The notes under the pieces were generated by a model. That model ran no database searches, was not told the DNA's origin, and saw nothing but the letters and a program-made list of their open reading frames with translations. Position numbers and translations under genes: made by a program. 64,000 bases of DNA from the NCBI GenBank assembly GCA_023334545.1, contig JAADVB010000019.1, positions 1-64,000 on the forward strand, read 5' to 3'. This document shows positions 46,450 to 58,198 of this stretch, piece by piece. The DNA is from Salisapilia sapeloensis CBS 127946 (taxonomy: Eukaryota; Protista; Oomycota). The first letter of the stretch is position 1; each line of letters opens with the position of its first letter.

Positions 46450-49400
46450 ATGGCGGTGGTCACACCTATAAATGTCGGTCCTATTCTCGAAACGACGGAC
46501 GACGTAGGTGCTGAGCTTCCAATTGATCGGACGGAGATACTTCGCAAGATAGCTCTTTTGCTCCAGCTTGGTCTTTGTAAAGATAAAGAGAGTAGTCGCG
46601 TTCCGAAGGAGACTCGGAAAGAGATTAAAGCTGCAGCAGAAACCGGATCGATACTTTCATCAAATGCAGTCTCAGCTGTCAGTGATGCCCCGCTAAGTTT
46701 TTTGCGGTCGGCACTCTCGCATACTGAAATTCGTGTTCTCTACTACTTGGTTGGACAAGTTAATGACCATCCCAGCATGGCTGACCTCCATTGCAAGCTC
46801 CATGCCCTGATCGAGGAACTAATCCGCGAGGAAGGTGATGAAAGTGAAATGCAGTCACCTCCAACTGACAGTATGATGGCTTCGTTCTCTGCAGCTTATG
46901 CTACACGCGACGAGGCTAGAGAAGCAGGACGTGCAATTTATAGCTTGTTAAAGGAATCTGGCAATCTCGCTGAAATTAGCACTGATTGCAAAAATGCACT
47001 CGCCTGGATGAAAAACTCGGGTGTGCCAATGTCTGTAGATTTCATTCAAGAACTTTATAAGTCCGAATCGTTTGCCAAGTGTCTAAAAGTAGCGACACCA
47101 GAACAGCTAGAGCACCTACGATCTCAGCTGTCTGCTGCTGCAGTATCTACTTCTCGCCAAGAGCTGTTGGCAGTATGGAGCGTTGTCAACAGCGTCGCCA
47201 TGGGAGTCATTGGAAGTCAACTAGCTCGACAGTCGCCGCTTGACTCAGATACTGTACGCGGCCCTAGTGTGACTCCACAGTCAAGTGATATGAAGATATT
47301 GGGCTCAATCCTTCAGTTCGCACTTGCCGGATCCATGGCACTATGTGCATCACTCTCGATCGAAGTGCAAGAAGAAATAAGAGAGATGATAGAGGACGGA
47401 AAACAGCTTAGTAGCAATGCTGTTCATGAACTTCAGGAAAATGGCAAGGAACTTGCCAAAACTCTGCCGATAGATAAGCTAAAAGTACTTCAAGCAAAAT
47501 GCATCGAAACCGCAATGTTTGGTGAAGCATTTGTACAAGATATAGGAGCCTTTATCGGTAAAAAAGTCGAAGCAGCTACAACTAATATCGGAGAATTACA
47601 CCAAACTGCCGTTGATGTATTTCAATCACCACCATTAAAAATTATAGCGGATACTGGAATGAAAGGTGTTAATGCATGGTTTACATCGACAAAGGAGCAG
47701 ATCGATTCAGCGGTTGACACGATCATGTACCAAACTGATATTGCTGGCTGTATATCAAGTGTTTATGCTGCGCTGCCGTCACTTCTTCGTCTAGAGATCT
47801 TTAGAGATTTTGGACAGACTGTGGGGCTATTGTTTTCTCGCATAATTGGCACAATTCTTCAAGAACAAGGCTTGAAAATCTTGCAACTTATAGATGCATT
47901 GATCACTTCGTTCTATGACATCGTCTTGCTCAATGCCATAGAGCTATGGCGTGATCACGCAGATACATTGAGAGATATAGGATTTGGACTGATGATAGTT
48001 ATCTTCATCTTGGGCTATTTCATCTACTTGTGGTTCGCGAAAAAAGGTCGATATCTTCATAGTCGAGCGGAAGAGATCCGGTTTGGACACGAGGCTCAAA
48101 GTTGGGCAACGTTGGCAAAAGAACAGAGCCGTATGGTTCGATTCGTGACATTTATCTTGACAATGTGTCTGACGATATATCTACCTTTAACTCGTCTATG
48201 CGTCGAAGTTTTATTAATAACTTTTACATCCGGTATCGCAGCTAGTACAGAAGAGGTTGAGGAGAGTGATATCTTGGTGAGAAGGTATCTTGTGGGCAAT
48301 TTAGGATACGCCCTATCAACTTGTGCATCAGTAGTACTTTTAACGTTTTCTATTCCATTACCATTGTTGCTTGTGGACTTGGTGAAGAAAAATAGACCTC
48401 GAGGGTCTCGTGAAGATGAAACAATCACATACGATGAAGAAGGAAGAAAGGTTCCTTTTACTGATAAAGAATACGCTCGTCTAGTCGCTGAAGACCCGGG
48501 TCAACGACACTGTCCGTACAGATCGTTGTACTCTGGTTTTGAACAAAAGTGGTCTCATTACAAGGTACTCATGCTGCTAGCAAAAACGTTCCTTATGTTA
48601 CCACTCGTTTTGATCGAGCGTCGTGATGCTAGAGGATGCATATGTGCTGTGCTGTATGCAGGCATCTTTGGTCTCACCGTTTGGAGCACACCTTTCTGTG
48701 ACCCTCTGAATGATAAGATGGAACTCAGTGGTAAGCTTGCAGCATTAGTGACGGCTGTAGGTGGTACTGTGCTTGCCTTCTTGGTTAGTGATGACGATTC
48801 GGAACCATCTACTATTGTGACGGTTGTCGGCTTAATCGTTCACGTAGTTAATATCATCAACCTTCTTTTCATGATAGCTTTAGTAATCTTCGGAATGTCC
48901 AAGTTCAGAGTTGCTGTCAAGAATTTATTTGGTTCGCTGACGTTTAGTGATACGACCCGTCGAATTATGGATGCTCCGCACAAGCACATCATGCGTCAGT
49001 GGGATGAAAAGCTCGAAATCAAGCGTAGAGTATGGCAAACCTTTTGGAAAGCGCTATTATTGTCTGTGGAGGAACAGCAGACTGGTGTTGTTGGTCGCTT
49101 GAAGCAACTGGAAGACGCTGTTCGTGAAAGTGGTATGGAAAATATTCGAGAGCACATTGAGGGCGAAACCCATGGTCCAACGTCACAACTTCGTCTTGCA
49201 GCGAGGACTTTGCTAGAAGGCGTGGATGTATACTGGGATGATCCAACTGGTACACGCGATGGACACTTGGACTCGCAGACATACTTTGGCAAGTTGTATA
49301 TCCATCCATATCCGTTTCATTGTGTGATGGTATACGACGACTGTAATGATGAAGCTATCCTTCGTCCCGACAAGCTCGAAGGCCTACTGGCCATAAACTT

Positions 49401-50391
49401 TTCGCCTGCAATCTGCGATAAAAGACTCGTTCGGCAGAAATTGCGCTGCCTTGATAATGCAGCAGCCTTAATTGAATGGCCGTTTGAACGCACAGAAACG
49501 GCTCGGGTAGAGGATGGAACGGAGACATATACTGTCACAGACTCTGATGGAAATTCGAAAACGAAAACAAGAACTCGGTACTCAAATGTATCGTTTACTT
49601 GTTATTACACGAATGGCGTTATCAAAGTTGGAAGTAGTTCATCTAAATTTGAGATGGCTTCCGGTTTTGACGTGAATATGACGTACCGCGATGGCCACGG
49701 CGTCGCTGTCGCGCCGCACACAGGGAAGCATCATGAGTTAAATAATCGACTTGCCACAATGCCACAAACACATATCGGTTTGACAAATGAAATGATCGAA
49801 ACGGATGTCCTTGGACAGTTTTTCTGTTCATGCCAAACTATTTGGGAACCTGGCCTTCCTGTTCTTCGCTCACAGCATCAAAAGTACCGCAATGGGTTGC
49901 TGCAAAAGCACGCTAAAGTCGAAGAGCAACTTGGAAACGGATTTTGGTACTACGTGTACAACAACGCGCTGCTATCACGCGGCGAACTTGTGTCTTACAT
50001 GGCGAAGAAGGAAACAAACCTAGTGTTGAAGCATATTTTCGAGTCCAATACCCAATTGCTTGATATATTATATCAACGGCTGAATTTTATACATTCGCAT
50101 CCTGTCCGAGCATATTGGTATGTCTTTTGGGACGATGTCTACGCTCGCAATCGCGAGATGAGTCGCTTAAAACCATACGAGAGCGAGCTGAGTCCGTACA
50201 ACCTTGACTCAATATGCTATAAACCGATGGAACGGGAACAGCTTGAAGCCTGGTTGACTGCGAGACGACTACGAGGATGGTCACCTTCTATTTTTCAATT
50301 ATTGCTGCTTCGAAAATCGCTTTTCCATGACCGGTTGCTGGATGAGCTGTACTTGCAACTAGATAACAGGAAGCATAAAGGTCTGAAGTAA
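46450..50391 (+). CDS. Uncharacterised 1313-aa protein with about 7 central transmembrane segments
   Basis: Intronless long ORF with a helical N-terminal half, seven hydrophobic segments at about 47977-48897 and an aromatic-rich C-terminal domain. No family recognised. Confidence 0.85.
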   Translation: MAVVTPINVGPILETTDDVGAELPIDRTEILRKIALLLQLGLCKDKESSRVPKETRKEIKAAAETGSILSSNAVSAVSDAPLSFLRSALSHTEIRVLYYLVGQVNDHPSMADLHCKLHALIEELIREEGDESEMQSPPTDSMMASFSAAYATRDEAREAGRAIYSLLKESGNLAEISTDCKNALAWMKNSGVPMSVDFIQELYKSESFAKCLKVATPEQLEHLRSQLSAAAVSTSRQELLAVWSVVNSVAMGVIGSQLARQSPLDSDTVRGPSVTPQSSDMKILGSILQFALAGSMALCASLSIEVQEEIREMIEDGKQLSSNAVHELQENGKELAKTLPIDKLKVLQAKCIETAMFGEAFVQDIGAFIGKKVEAATTNIGELHQTAVDVFQSPPLKIIADTGMKGVNAWFTSTKEQIDSAVDTIMYQTDIAGCISSVYAALPSLLRLEIFRDFGQTVGLLFSRIIGTILQEQGLKILQLIDALITSFYDIVLLNAIELWRDHADTLRDIGFGLMIVIFILGYFIYLWFAKKGRYLHSRAEEIRFGHEAQSWATLAKEQSRMVRFVTFILTMCLTIYLPLTRLCVEVLLITFTSGIAASTEEVEESDILVRRYLVGNLGYALSTCASVVLLTFSIPLPLLLVDLVKKNRPRGSREDETITYDEEGRKVPFTDKEYARLVAEDPGQRHCPYRSLYSGFEQKWSHYKVLMLLAKTFLMLPLVLIERRDARGCICAVLYAGIFGLTVWSTPFCDPLNDKMELSGKLAALVTAVGGTVLAFLVSDDDSEPSTIVTVVGLIVHVVNIINLLFMIALVIFGMSKFRVAVKNLFGSLTFSDTTRRIMDAPHKHIMRQWDEKLEIKRRVWQTFWKALLLSVEEQQTGVVGRLKQLEDAVRESGMENIREHIEGETHGPTSQLRLAARTLLEGVDVYWDDPTGTRDGHLDSQTYFGKLYIHPYPFHCVMVYDDCNDEAILRPDKLEGLLAINFSPAICDKRLVRQKLRCLDNAAALIEWPFERTETARVEDGTETYTVTDSDGNSKTKTRTRYSNVSFTCYYTNGVIKVGSSSSKFEMASGFDVNMTYRDGHGVAVAPHTGKHHELNNRLATMPQTHIGLTNEMIETDVLGQFFCSCQTIWEPGLPVLRSQHQKYRNGLLQKHAKVEEQLGNGFWYYVYNNALLSRGELVSYMAKKETNLVLKHIFESNTQLLDILYQRLNFIHSHPVRAYWYVFWDDVYARNREMSRLKPYESELSPYNLDSICYKPMEREQLEAWLTARRLRGWSPSIFQLLLLRKSLFHDRLLDELYLQLDNRKHKGLK

Positions 50392-50777
50392 AATGCACAA
50401 AGAAATTAGTACCACGTCATCATATCGTACATATGTTACCCATACAGTCAGTTGCTACACTATTTAACAGCTAGATTATGTGAGGTAGTTTAACATTCTA
50501 TGATCACAGAGCGCCGAATGGCTCTGTCGCCCGAGCACAACCTTAGCTTATCTCCTTTTTCTGATAGTAGAAATGAATGTCATCATTTATGTACTCCATA
50601 CGGTGTACTTTGCCACGTATTTGGTAACTTCATCACGTGTCTATTTATTACCACAAGCCCTCCTTAGCTGGAAATCCTATGATTTGCCACGTACTTGGAG
50701 AGCCACCGACGTGTCAAGTAAAGCATCCGTACTATCAACATTTTTTCACCAGGCCAGCTCAAATGTACTGCCTGCTT

Positions 50778-50791
50778 TCATTATCTTTTTC
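50778..50791 (+). promoter_or_regulatory. INR/FPR-like element of the GH17 gene
   Basis: TCATTATCTTTTTC has one mismatch and lies 23 bp upstream of ATG 50815. Confidence 0.45.
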
Positions 50792-50814
50792 GCAGTCGAC
50801 AACCGAGCAGAACG

Positions 50815-52401
50815 ATGAAGTTTCTCATTGGCTGTACCGTCATTTCGCTATTCGTTCAGCAAGCCGCCGCCGACGCCATGGGTGTTTGCTACGACCCGAA
50901 ACACGTCCAGGGCCATTCAAAGGAGTCAGTCAAAGAGGATATGAAGCTCATCAAGGATAAAGGTTTCTCGGCTGTTCGTTTTTTCACGATAAATGATAAT
51001 GGAGTCAACCTGGCCGAAGTCGCATTGGACGAAGGTCTGAATGTTGCCATTGGTGTCTGGGTTGATGCGCAAGATCCAGGTGCTGCCGAATCAGACGTAC
51101 AAACTGCCATTAAAACCGCCACAGAGTATGCTCCTAAAACGAAAGGCAAAGTAAATCAGATATTTATCGGGAACGAAAATCTTGCCGGAGCGAGCAAAGT
51201 GCCAGAAGAGATGGAAAAATACATTAAAGATGCATTAGATGCTGTAAAGGGTACAGACGTCACCGTCGGAACCGTCCAGCGTAACACTGAATACCTTGAT
51301 CCGAACGCTCAAGTAGCTGGCTTCCCTGAACTGATCAAAATGTCCACGGCTGCTGGTATTAATATTCACCCAGTCTTCAATGGTGGAAGTGCTGAACAAG
51401 GTGTTGGGATGCTACAGACGCAATGGGAACAATTATCCTCGGATAGTGTCGTCTCCATGTTCGGAGATATTGCCAGTAAAGCAGTCATGACAGAGTCAGG
51501 ATGGCCGTCAGGAGAAGACGGATCTGATTATGGTACTGCATTCCCCGATGCAGATGCGGATCCTCAATCTTGTCAAAGCTTTTTCGAGAGTACTTTAAAA
51601 TGGCAACAAGAAGCGATGGACGGTAGCCGCTTCTACTACTTTCAAATGTTCGACCAGCCTTACAAGGATCAGGCTGGAAAGTATGAGCCATACTTTGGCC
51701 TTGTGGATGCAGAAGGTACGGCTAAATTCGATTTCCAAGTTTCCGGTGGTAACTCCGACGGGAATGGTGGGACGGAAACCTATGATTTCGAGGCTGCGCC
51801 TGGCAGCGACGGTAACGATACCAGACCAGCTCATGCTCAAGGTAATTCGAATGTCGTAGAAAATGGCACTCCTGGCACCTCCAATGATCCTGATAAGATG
51901 GATAAGGGATATACAATGGGATGGGTGTCGCCAGCAGTAGGAAATCAAAATGCTGGTGGTAACGCTTTGGGCGGGAAGTCTCCATCATCTCCTGCAGAAG
52001 AAACTGCGTCACCACCGGTAGAGGATGGACGTGGTGATAATGCGTCCGACGATGATGCTTCGTCGTCTCTCGCGAAAGAGCCTTCATTAGAGTCTACATC
52101 AGCATCAGGAAATAGCCCGAGTGAAGATCCCGCCAAAGATACTCCATCGCCTTCATCGCCAGAGCCTGCTTCAGATCCTACTTCAGAGCCTGCACCGGCA
52201 TCGGATGAAGATAGCCCTGGTAATGATGGGCCCCAAAATAATAATTCATCGCCAGCAGTAGCAGGAGATAGCCCTGGTGGTGATGTTCAGACAAGTGGTA
52301 CGAAATATTGTGCCCAAAAAGATTCAACGGCGACCGATCAATGGTGTCAGGATAACTGTGATCGGGACTATTGTCCTGGATATATCTGTTTTTCATGCTG
52401 A
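50815..52401 (+). CDS. Secreted GH17 beta-1,3-glucanase/transglucosylase with S/P/D-rich linker and C-terminal 6-Cys module
   Basis: Signal peptide MKFLIGCTVISLFVQQAAA. Motifs GVCY.P, AVRFF, IFIGNENL, VMTESGWPS, YFQMFDQPYK, EPYFGL. Confidence 0.9.
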   Translation: MKFLIGCTVISLFVQQAAADAMGVCYDPKHVQGHSKESVKEDMKLIKDKGFSAVRFFTINDNGVNLAEVALDEGLNVAIGVWVDAQDPGAAESDVQTAIKTATEYAPKTKGKVNQIFIGNENLAGASKVPEEMEKYIKDALDAVKGTDVTVGTVQRNTEYLDPNAQVAGFPELIKMSTAAGINIHPVFNGGSAEQGVGMLQTQWEQLSSDSVVSMFGDIASKAVMTESGWPSGEDGSDYGTAFPDADADPQSCQSFFESTLKWQQEAMDGSRFYYFQMFDQPYKDQAGKYEPYFGLVDAEGTAKFDFQVSGGNSDGNGGTETYDFEAAPGSDGNDTRPAHAQGNSNVVENGTPGTSNDPDKMDKGYTMGWVSPAVGNQNAGGNALGGKSPSSPAEETASPPVEDGRGDNASDDDASSSLAKEPSLESTSASGNSPSEDPAKDTPSPSSPEPASDPTSEPAPASDEDSPGNDGPQNNNSSPAVAGDSPGGDVQTSGTKYCAQKDSTATDQWCQDNCDRDYCPGYICFSC

Positions 52402-52862
52402 ATGCTGTCTCTTTCCAGTCGTCCATTGTGGCGTACCCCACATTCGAAAAAACAATCTCATACGATACGTGCATTACGACGCGTGGTCTTTTATACCATT
52501 TAGTAAGTTGGACTGAAATCTATTTCCATTTCTTTCCGTCCGCATGGCGTGCTCTTCCTATCCTCTAATACAGCGTATTGATCCATTGTTCAATTTGAAA
52601 ATGCCAACCTGGTCGACTTTAGGTGGCATATGCTTGACTGTTGACACTATGAGAGGAGCCTCTTCCCTAGCTCAGATATTCTTTCATGTCTGGTAACCGT
52701 CAATTCATATGAAGTAAAGATATATATATGTGTAAAACTCCCCTGTTGGGTGTGCTGGCAGTCGGGATAGGCAAACTGACGATCCAACTGAATCTTTCAC
52801 TTCAACCGGTGCCTCCATCTATTCGTATGAGATCATATCTCAATTTGCCATCTTCGACGAGC

Positions 52863-54431
52863 ATGCAATTTGCATACACGCTTTTACTCCTTCAAGTGCT
52901 TCATGTTTTCACTGTCGTAACCGGCGAAGGTTTCGACTCTTTGCAACCTGCAAGCAGGGAACAATCGCCAGAAAGCAATCATGGACAACGTGGTGACAAG
53001 CATTATAATGATGGCTCTCACGATGCCACGCTTCTCGATGACACTTCAAGGCAAGATTCTAATCCTGGTCATTTGCACGCCTCTGATGACGGAAGGGATC
53101 CTTTATCTCAGTCCAGCAGCGATGACTCCAGTACAAGCTCAGATATGTCTGGTGGTAGCCTAGAAAGCACCAACGAATCGGACAAGGAAGGAAGTAACCA
53201 ATCGAACGGAATCGTTAGAGGAGACGAAGACAAAAATGCTGCGACTCGTATCATTAACGGGGAGGAAGAGATTCGAGGTGTCTGCCTGGGTGGTTGGCTC
53301 GTGTTTGAAAAGTGGATGGTTCTAGATACTGATCCTATCTACAGTCCTGGTGATTTAAACAAGACTGATGGAGCGAAAGGCGAGTATGACTTAATTACGA
53401 ATTCGTCTGTTAGTCCGGACATCATGCGATCTCGATATGACCAGCACATGGCCGAATTTATCACAAAAGAGGACATCAAAGCTATCGCCGATGCTGGTCT
53501 CAATGCTGTGCGCGTGCCTGTTGGGTTTTGGATCCGTAACAAGTTTGAAACGCCTCAGGATGAGCTAGCAAACGTCTACCCCACATCCACGATTGACTAT
53601 GTTGATCGTCTTGTGCTAGAATGGGCTGTAGAGTTCAACATTGGTGTTATCTTCTCGATTCATGCGGCTCGTGGCTCTCAAAATGGTATGGATCATTCTT
53701 CGCCGAACAAATTTGTCAATGGATCAGGCGTCGTGGGATGGTATACGGAAGAGAACATTGCAGACACTGTCGATCTTGTCAAGTTCATCGTCCAGCGATA
53801 CCTAAATGCTGCCTCTTTCCTCGGAATCGGTGTCCTTAATGAACCACAGCCAGATCCACATGAAAATACGACTGGTCTCCCAACAAAGCTCAGACACTAC
53901 CATAAAACAGTGGTCGAATACGTACGAGAAGAAGTTGGCAGTGACATTATTTTAATGTTAGGACCTACCTTGTATCTACAAACGCCAAATGCGACGCTCG
54001 ACCTAATTCCTGAAGGGTATACTGACGACCCAAATGTTCAATGGGAGCAGCATCCGTACTGGGGCTTCAATGGTGATGGACAGACAGCAGCGGATGTGTT
54101 CGCAGGTGTCCAGAATCAAACTAATCTTGTCACCAAGTGGAATAGTACGAACAAGATCTTCTTTGGTGAATGGTCTTTGGCTGCATCGGGCAACTTTAGC
54201 TCGACTGAAGATGATTTCCTTGTTGAATTCGCTTCGGCACAGAGTGACTACTTGAACCAATTCGGATGGACATTCTGGAGCTGGAGGCAAGGTAATAACA
54301 CTGGTCCGTGGTCCTTTCAAGGCATGATGAACGTCGAGGCCGATGGTGTGACCGTTCGAGAAGCTGTGCTTGGTAATCAATCGAGTGCAAGTGGAAGTGG
54401 TTCGCGACCGCACATCAAAGCGACGCCATAA
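52863..54431 (+). CDS. Secreted GH5 exo-beta-1,3-glucanase-like enzyme with acidic N-terminal linker
   Basis: Signal peptide MQFAYTLLLLQVL. Motifs RGVCLGGWLVFE, VRVPVGFW, SQNGMDHS, VLNEP, FFGEWS, GWTFWSW. Many N-x-S/T sequons. Intronless. Confidence 0.92.
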   Translation: MQFAYTLLLLQVLHVFTVVTGEGFDSLQPASREQSPESNHGQRGDKHYNDGSHDATLLDDTSRQDSNPGHLHASDDGRDPLSQSSSDDSSTSSDMSGGSLESTNESDKEGSNQSNGIVRGDEDKNAATRIINGEEEIRGVCLGGWLVFEKWMVLDTDPIYSPGDLNKTDGAKGEYDLITNSSVSPDIMRSRYDQHMAEFITKEDIKAIADAGLNAVRVPVGFWIRNKFETPQDELANVYPTSTIDYVDRLVLEWAVEFNIGVIFSIHAARGSQNGMDHSSPNKFVNGSGVVGWYTEENIADTVDLVKFIVQRYLNAASFLGIGVLNEPQPDPHENTTGLPTKLRHYHKTVVEYVREEVGSDIILMLGPTLYLQTPNATLDLIPEGYTDDPNVQWEQHPYWGFNGDGQTAADVFAGVQNQTNLVTKWNSTNKIFFGEWSLAASGNFSSTEDDFLVEFASAQSDYLNQFGWTFWSWRQGNNTGPWSFQGMMNVEADGVTVREAVLGNQSSASGSGSRPHIKATP

Positions 54432-54592
54432 ATACTTTTCCACCATGAACGCAGAGTTCTTCGAGTGACTCGAAAATGGATCTTTCCCGCTAACGTACTT
54501 GAGCGATGGCATGGATAATTGAAGCTTAGCTACTCTCTTTGAAGAAAAAAGGAAGAGCAAATTCATGTATCTTGTTTTTACTTTATCTTGTT

Positions 54593-55698
54593 TTACTTTG
54601 GTACTGGTTTCACCATGATCGGTAGACTGTCGATGTCACCTTCTTCTGAGTCTATGCTGAAGCAATCCATTTCTTCCGACTCGCCTTCAGGACTAAACTG
54701 GTTGCACTCTTCATCGCTTTCTTCAAATGCCGGTGGCGGTTTGCGAAAGTGGTTGACTGGCGACGTCTGGTACGGCAGTGGTACCGTCGGTTTGGATTGT
54801 ACTCGTAAAGCCTTTGCTTCTTCCGTCTGGACGCTTACCACTTCTTTGGTTTCGCAGTTCATGACAACAGTATTCCGAATCACCTTCTTAAGCTTGTACT
54901 TGTTCAGATTGCCCTGTCTTTCCAATACGACAAATTCTCCATTGCTGAAGTTTTCGAGCTGTTCAAAGTCTCGAACAGAGTATTTGAAGTATCTTGTGAG
55001 AATAACACGAATGGCAACTCCATGGGTCACAATGACAAAATTCTCCTCTGATGTTTTATCAAACATGCGGTACAAGGACTCGAGGAAAGACGAAATACGG
55101 TCGTACACGTCAGCAGGAGACTCGCCACTCGGGAAACGATAAAAGAACGAGCCGAAGCGTCGACGTTGCTGCTTACATTCTCGGATTTTCATGGGTTCTT
55201 GAAAATTGCCAAAGTCCTGCTCTCGAATACGAGGTTCTTCTGACCATGGGAGATGGACACCCGCAGGTCCCCAAGCTTTCCAAATACCTTTCATCGTTTC
55301 GATCGTTCGAACGTACGGCGAGACGATAAACCGCTATAATATAATCGATTAGCGACTCGATGTCACAAGATATAGATACAAACAGTCTTTCTTACCACAG
55401 ACTCGTCTCCAATGATCCGCTGGATGGACTTGCCAGCAGCTCGTGCCTGCTCATAGCCGAGCTCTGTTAGGTGCATGGCATTGTCTGGTCGACTCGAATA
55501 TAGTCGTGGATCAATATTTCCTTCTGACTGTCCATGTCGAACGAGAATCATTCGCTTTGGTAATCGACATCGGCGACCACGTTTATGATGCGACTGTCCT
55601 TGTGTAAAGGTCCTGGACGAGAACGAGAAACCGATCAATAGGCCCAATGCAGCTGCCGTCGCAGCGCTTGTTAGTAGAGTCGAAAGTGAATACACCAT
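54593..55698 (-). CDS. Histidine phosphatase (phosphoglycerate mutase-like) family protein with N-terminal hydrophobic anchor
   Basis: LVRHGQSEGN, intron 55334-55395, RFIVSPYVRT, EEPRIREQDFG, GESPADVYDR, VIVTHG. Confidence 0.9.
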
Positions 55699-57081
55699 CG
55701 CGTGGAAAATTTAGTTGTGAATAGGTCGTAATGGTAGACGCTAACTAACGATCAGGTTCGATTATGGGTCACGTCGTTCTTGTTGTCGGAAGATAGGGTA
55801 TATTTAGCTGTATCTAATCTACGTCGACCATCGGAGTTTCGAGGTGCGCTGAACCGATCTAGAGAATGAGGTGTGGGCATTTGACATCGCCAAAGGCTTA
55901 TAAAGTAGAAGAGAATCGAAAGCGTATTTACGAGTTATCGCTTTGGATATAGCTGCTGGTCTTGCGTGTAGATTGTGATAATTTGTGTATGTGTACATAG
56001 ATGGTACAAACTAGTACTCATTCAGGAAGTGTCTGCTTAAGAGTTTTTTACTAACGAGATGCAACTCTACGATCGATAAGGCTTTTAAATGAGTAATTAG
56101 AGAACACGCTCGGTGTAACTTGACATCAAGCGATCATCGAGGCTACAAATGAGACACGATTTAGTCAGATTGTACATGTATGGAAAATTTGAAGCAAATG
56201 TAATTGGGTGCTATGTCTGGAAATCTTGCTACTAGCTCACGTTGGCAACAACCAGCATGTGGCCGGCTTGCGGGATACATACTCTTCCTTTGCACATAGT
56301 ACTATGGATGTTTATTTGAGTACGATGCTTCAGTCTCGTAGAGCTGGTTTAATCTTTCGAAAAGCAAATACCTATGATGATATGTAGCTAGCTCGCTAAC
56401 GACCAAGGTGCAAAGTATTTCTACATAAAGCAATCTTGAGGACGAATAAAAGCAATGGAGACGACCATCTCCGCTGCATATGAAGATTAATTGCCTGTAT
56501 TTGCCTGTCATATAATCCAAATGACCTCTTTCACTATGGCTTCTAGCCTGCATATCAACTATCTCTGCAAGCCATTTTAACAACGATACAGAGACCTAGC
56601 TCTTTACCCTCACGACTAAATCTTGCCCGAAGTCCACACAATGCCCACCATTTAAAGCAGTTAAAGCGCTAGGTTCAGCAAAGTACCATATCATTACATT
56701 GACGACGAGTGTCTTCGGTCAATGTGTCTCAATTTCCCACTAGGTCGATGAGTTCTAAATAAGTTGGACTGATTCAAGCTATGTCGATCTGACCCTAAGC
56801 ACTCTATAATTTGACCATCCTACGCACAGACTACGACTATCAACCATGGTATCCAATTCTCCATCGACACAGACATGTTGACAAAACCTGTAGTCACGTG
56901 GACAGTAAAGCTCAATCATCCAAGCAGCAAACACAAGTAGTCTACAATAACACGAGTATTTGAACTTAGCTTTATGTCATTCTTAGGCTTAGCTCTATCG
57001 TTGTATTCGACTGCTATCGATAAAAGTATACTGTGCAATGATAGAAACCTCGATTCAAAGCACGCACCCAGCACTTCATTT

Positions 57082-58053
57082 TCAGTAATAGTATCGGGAT
57101 CTGAACTGTACAAGGTCGTCGGCAGTATCTTCCTATGTCATCGTTATGCGGTCGAATATAATCTTTCTTTGTCGTGTAGTAGCTAAACATACCTCAATGT
57201 TTTCGGTGTCGTTTGGCGATCCTCGATGACATAGATAGCTGTACATCGTCAAGTTCTGGTGTCGAGCTGCTTTGTGAGTTGGCGTTTCCTGTAAGACCTC
57301 GTCTTCTACAGCTTTAAGCATAGGATAATGATCAAAGAGAAACTGAGCACATCTGCTTGAATCACAACTTGCTGCCACATGCAGTACCGTAAGCCCCTAT
57401 ACTATACTGTTCACATGTACCTTAACTTGCTATCTTTCATCATATATACCTGGTTAGCTCGCTTCATGAAATCAGCTTTCTCCGACTTGCGTAAGAACCT
57501 CACCGTTTCCAATTTATCCACAGATACTGCTAAATGCAGAGGTGTATATCCCAATCTAGAATCGCCGTGATCTAGATCAAATCCTAGTTCCAGGAAGACT
57601 GATAGTACATCCGTTTGCCCTTCTAGTGCTGCAACATGGATAGCGGACCATCCCTATCAACCATAATAGTGATCAGTAGCATCGGCATTTTATGGAGTCA
57701 CAAAGGACTTACCTTAGCATTCTCGATGTACGGATTTCCTTTGATCTGGCAGAGCACTCGCACTACGTGATGGCAATTCTGAGCTGCTGCTAAGGTAAGC
57801 ATTGTTTCACCCTATGAAGAAATGAATAGCTACTTATGTCACTTCGATACAAATCATTTGAAATATTGTCTAATACCTGCTCATTCTTCGAATTTACTTC
57901 TTGTGGAAGTGAATAGGATATCAATAGTTGGCGTAATGTTTGCCACTGTTCATCTTTAGCGACAGAATCGCACGCCTCTAAAAATGTTGGGAAGAAAAGC
58001 TCCGGTCTCTCGAGGTTACAGCCAAAGGTTCTCCTAAAAGTATTTTGAATCAT
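57082..58053 (-). CDS. Ankyrin-repeat protein, multi-exon
   Basis: Spliced KNEQ|GETMLTLAAAQN...NAK|GWSAIHVAALEG...GYTPLHLAV...ANQ|...TVLHVAAS...ETPTHKAAR...ENIE|EDTADDLV...YYY*. The start is uncertain (58053 ATG or 58110 GTG). Confidence 0.7.
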
Positions 58054-58198
58054 ACTAAATGCTTGTGATAAGTATACTGTTGGTATAAGCGTATCGTTTG
58101 CACGCTTCACTCCTTTTCATTAAGTGTGAGGCCGCTCTAGGTTTTTCCTCGAACTCTCACGCTATTTTGAAATCTCGGGGTGGTCTATTCTTAGGTGC

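Noticed and set aside
52601-52629. Imperfect hairpin atgccaacct-N10-aggtggcat between GH17 and GH5
   Set aside because: A 9-bp bulged stem is expected by chance, and no second copy was seen.
37615-54431. ALG7 next to heavily N-glycosylated secreted glucanases as a functional cluster
   Set aside because: ALG7 is a universal housekeeping gene, and adjacency alone gives no evidence of linkage.
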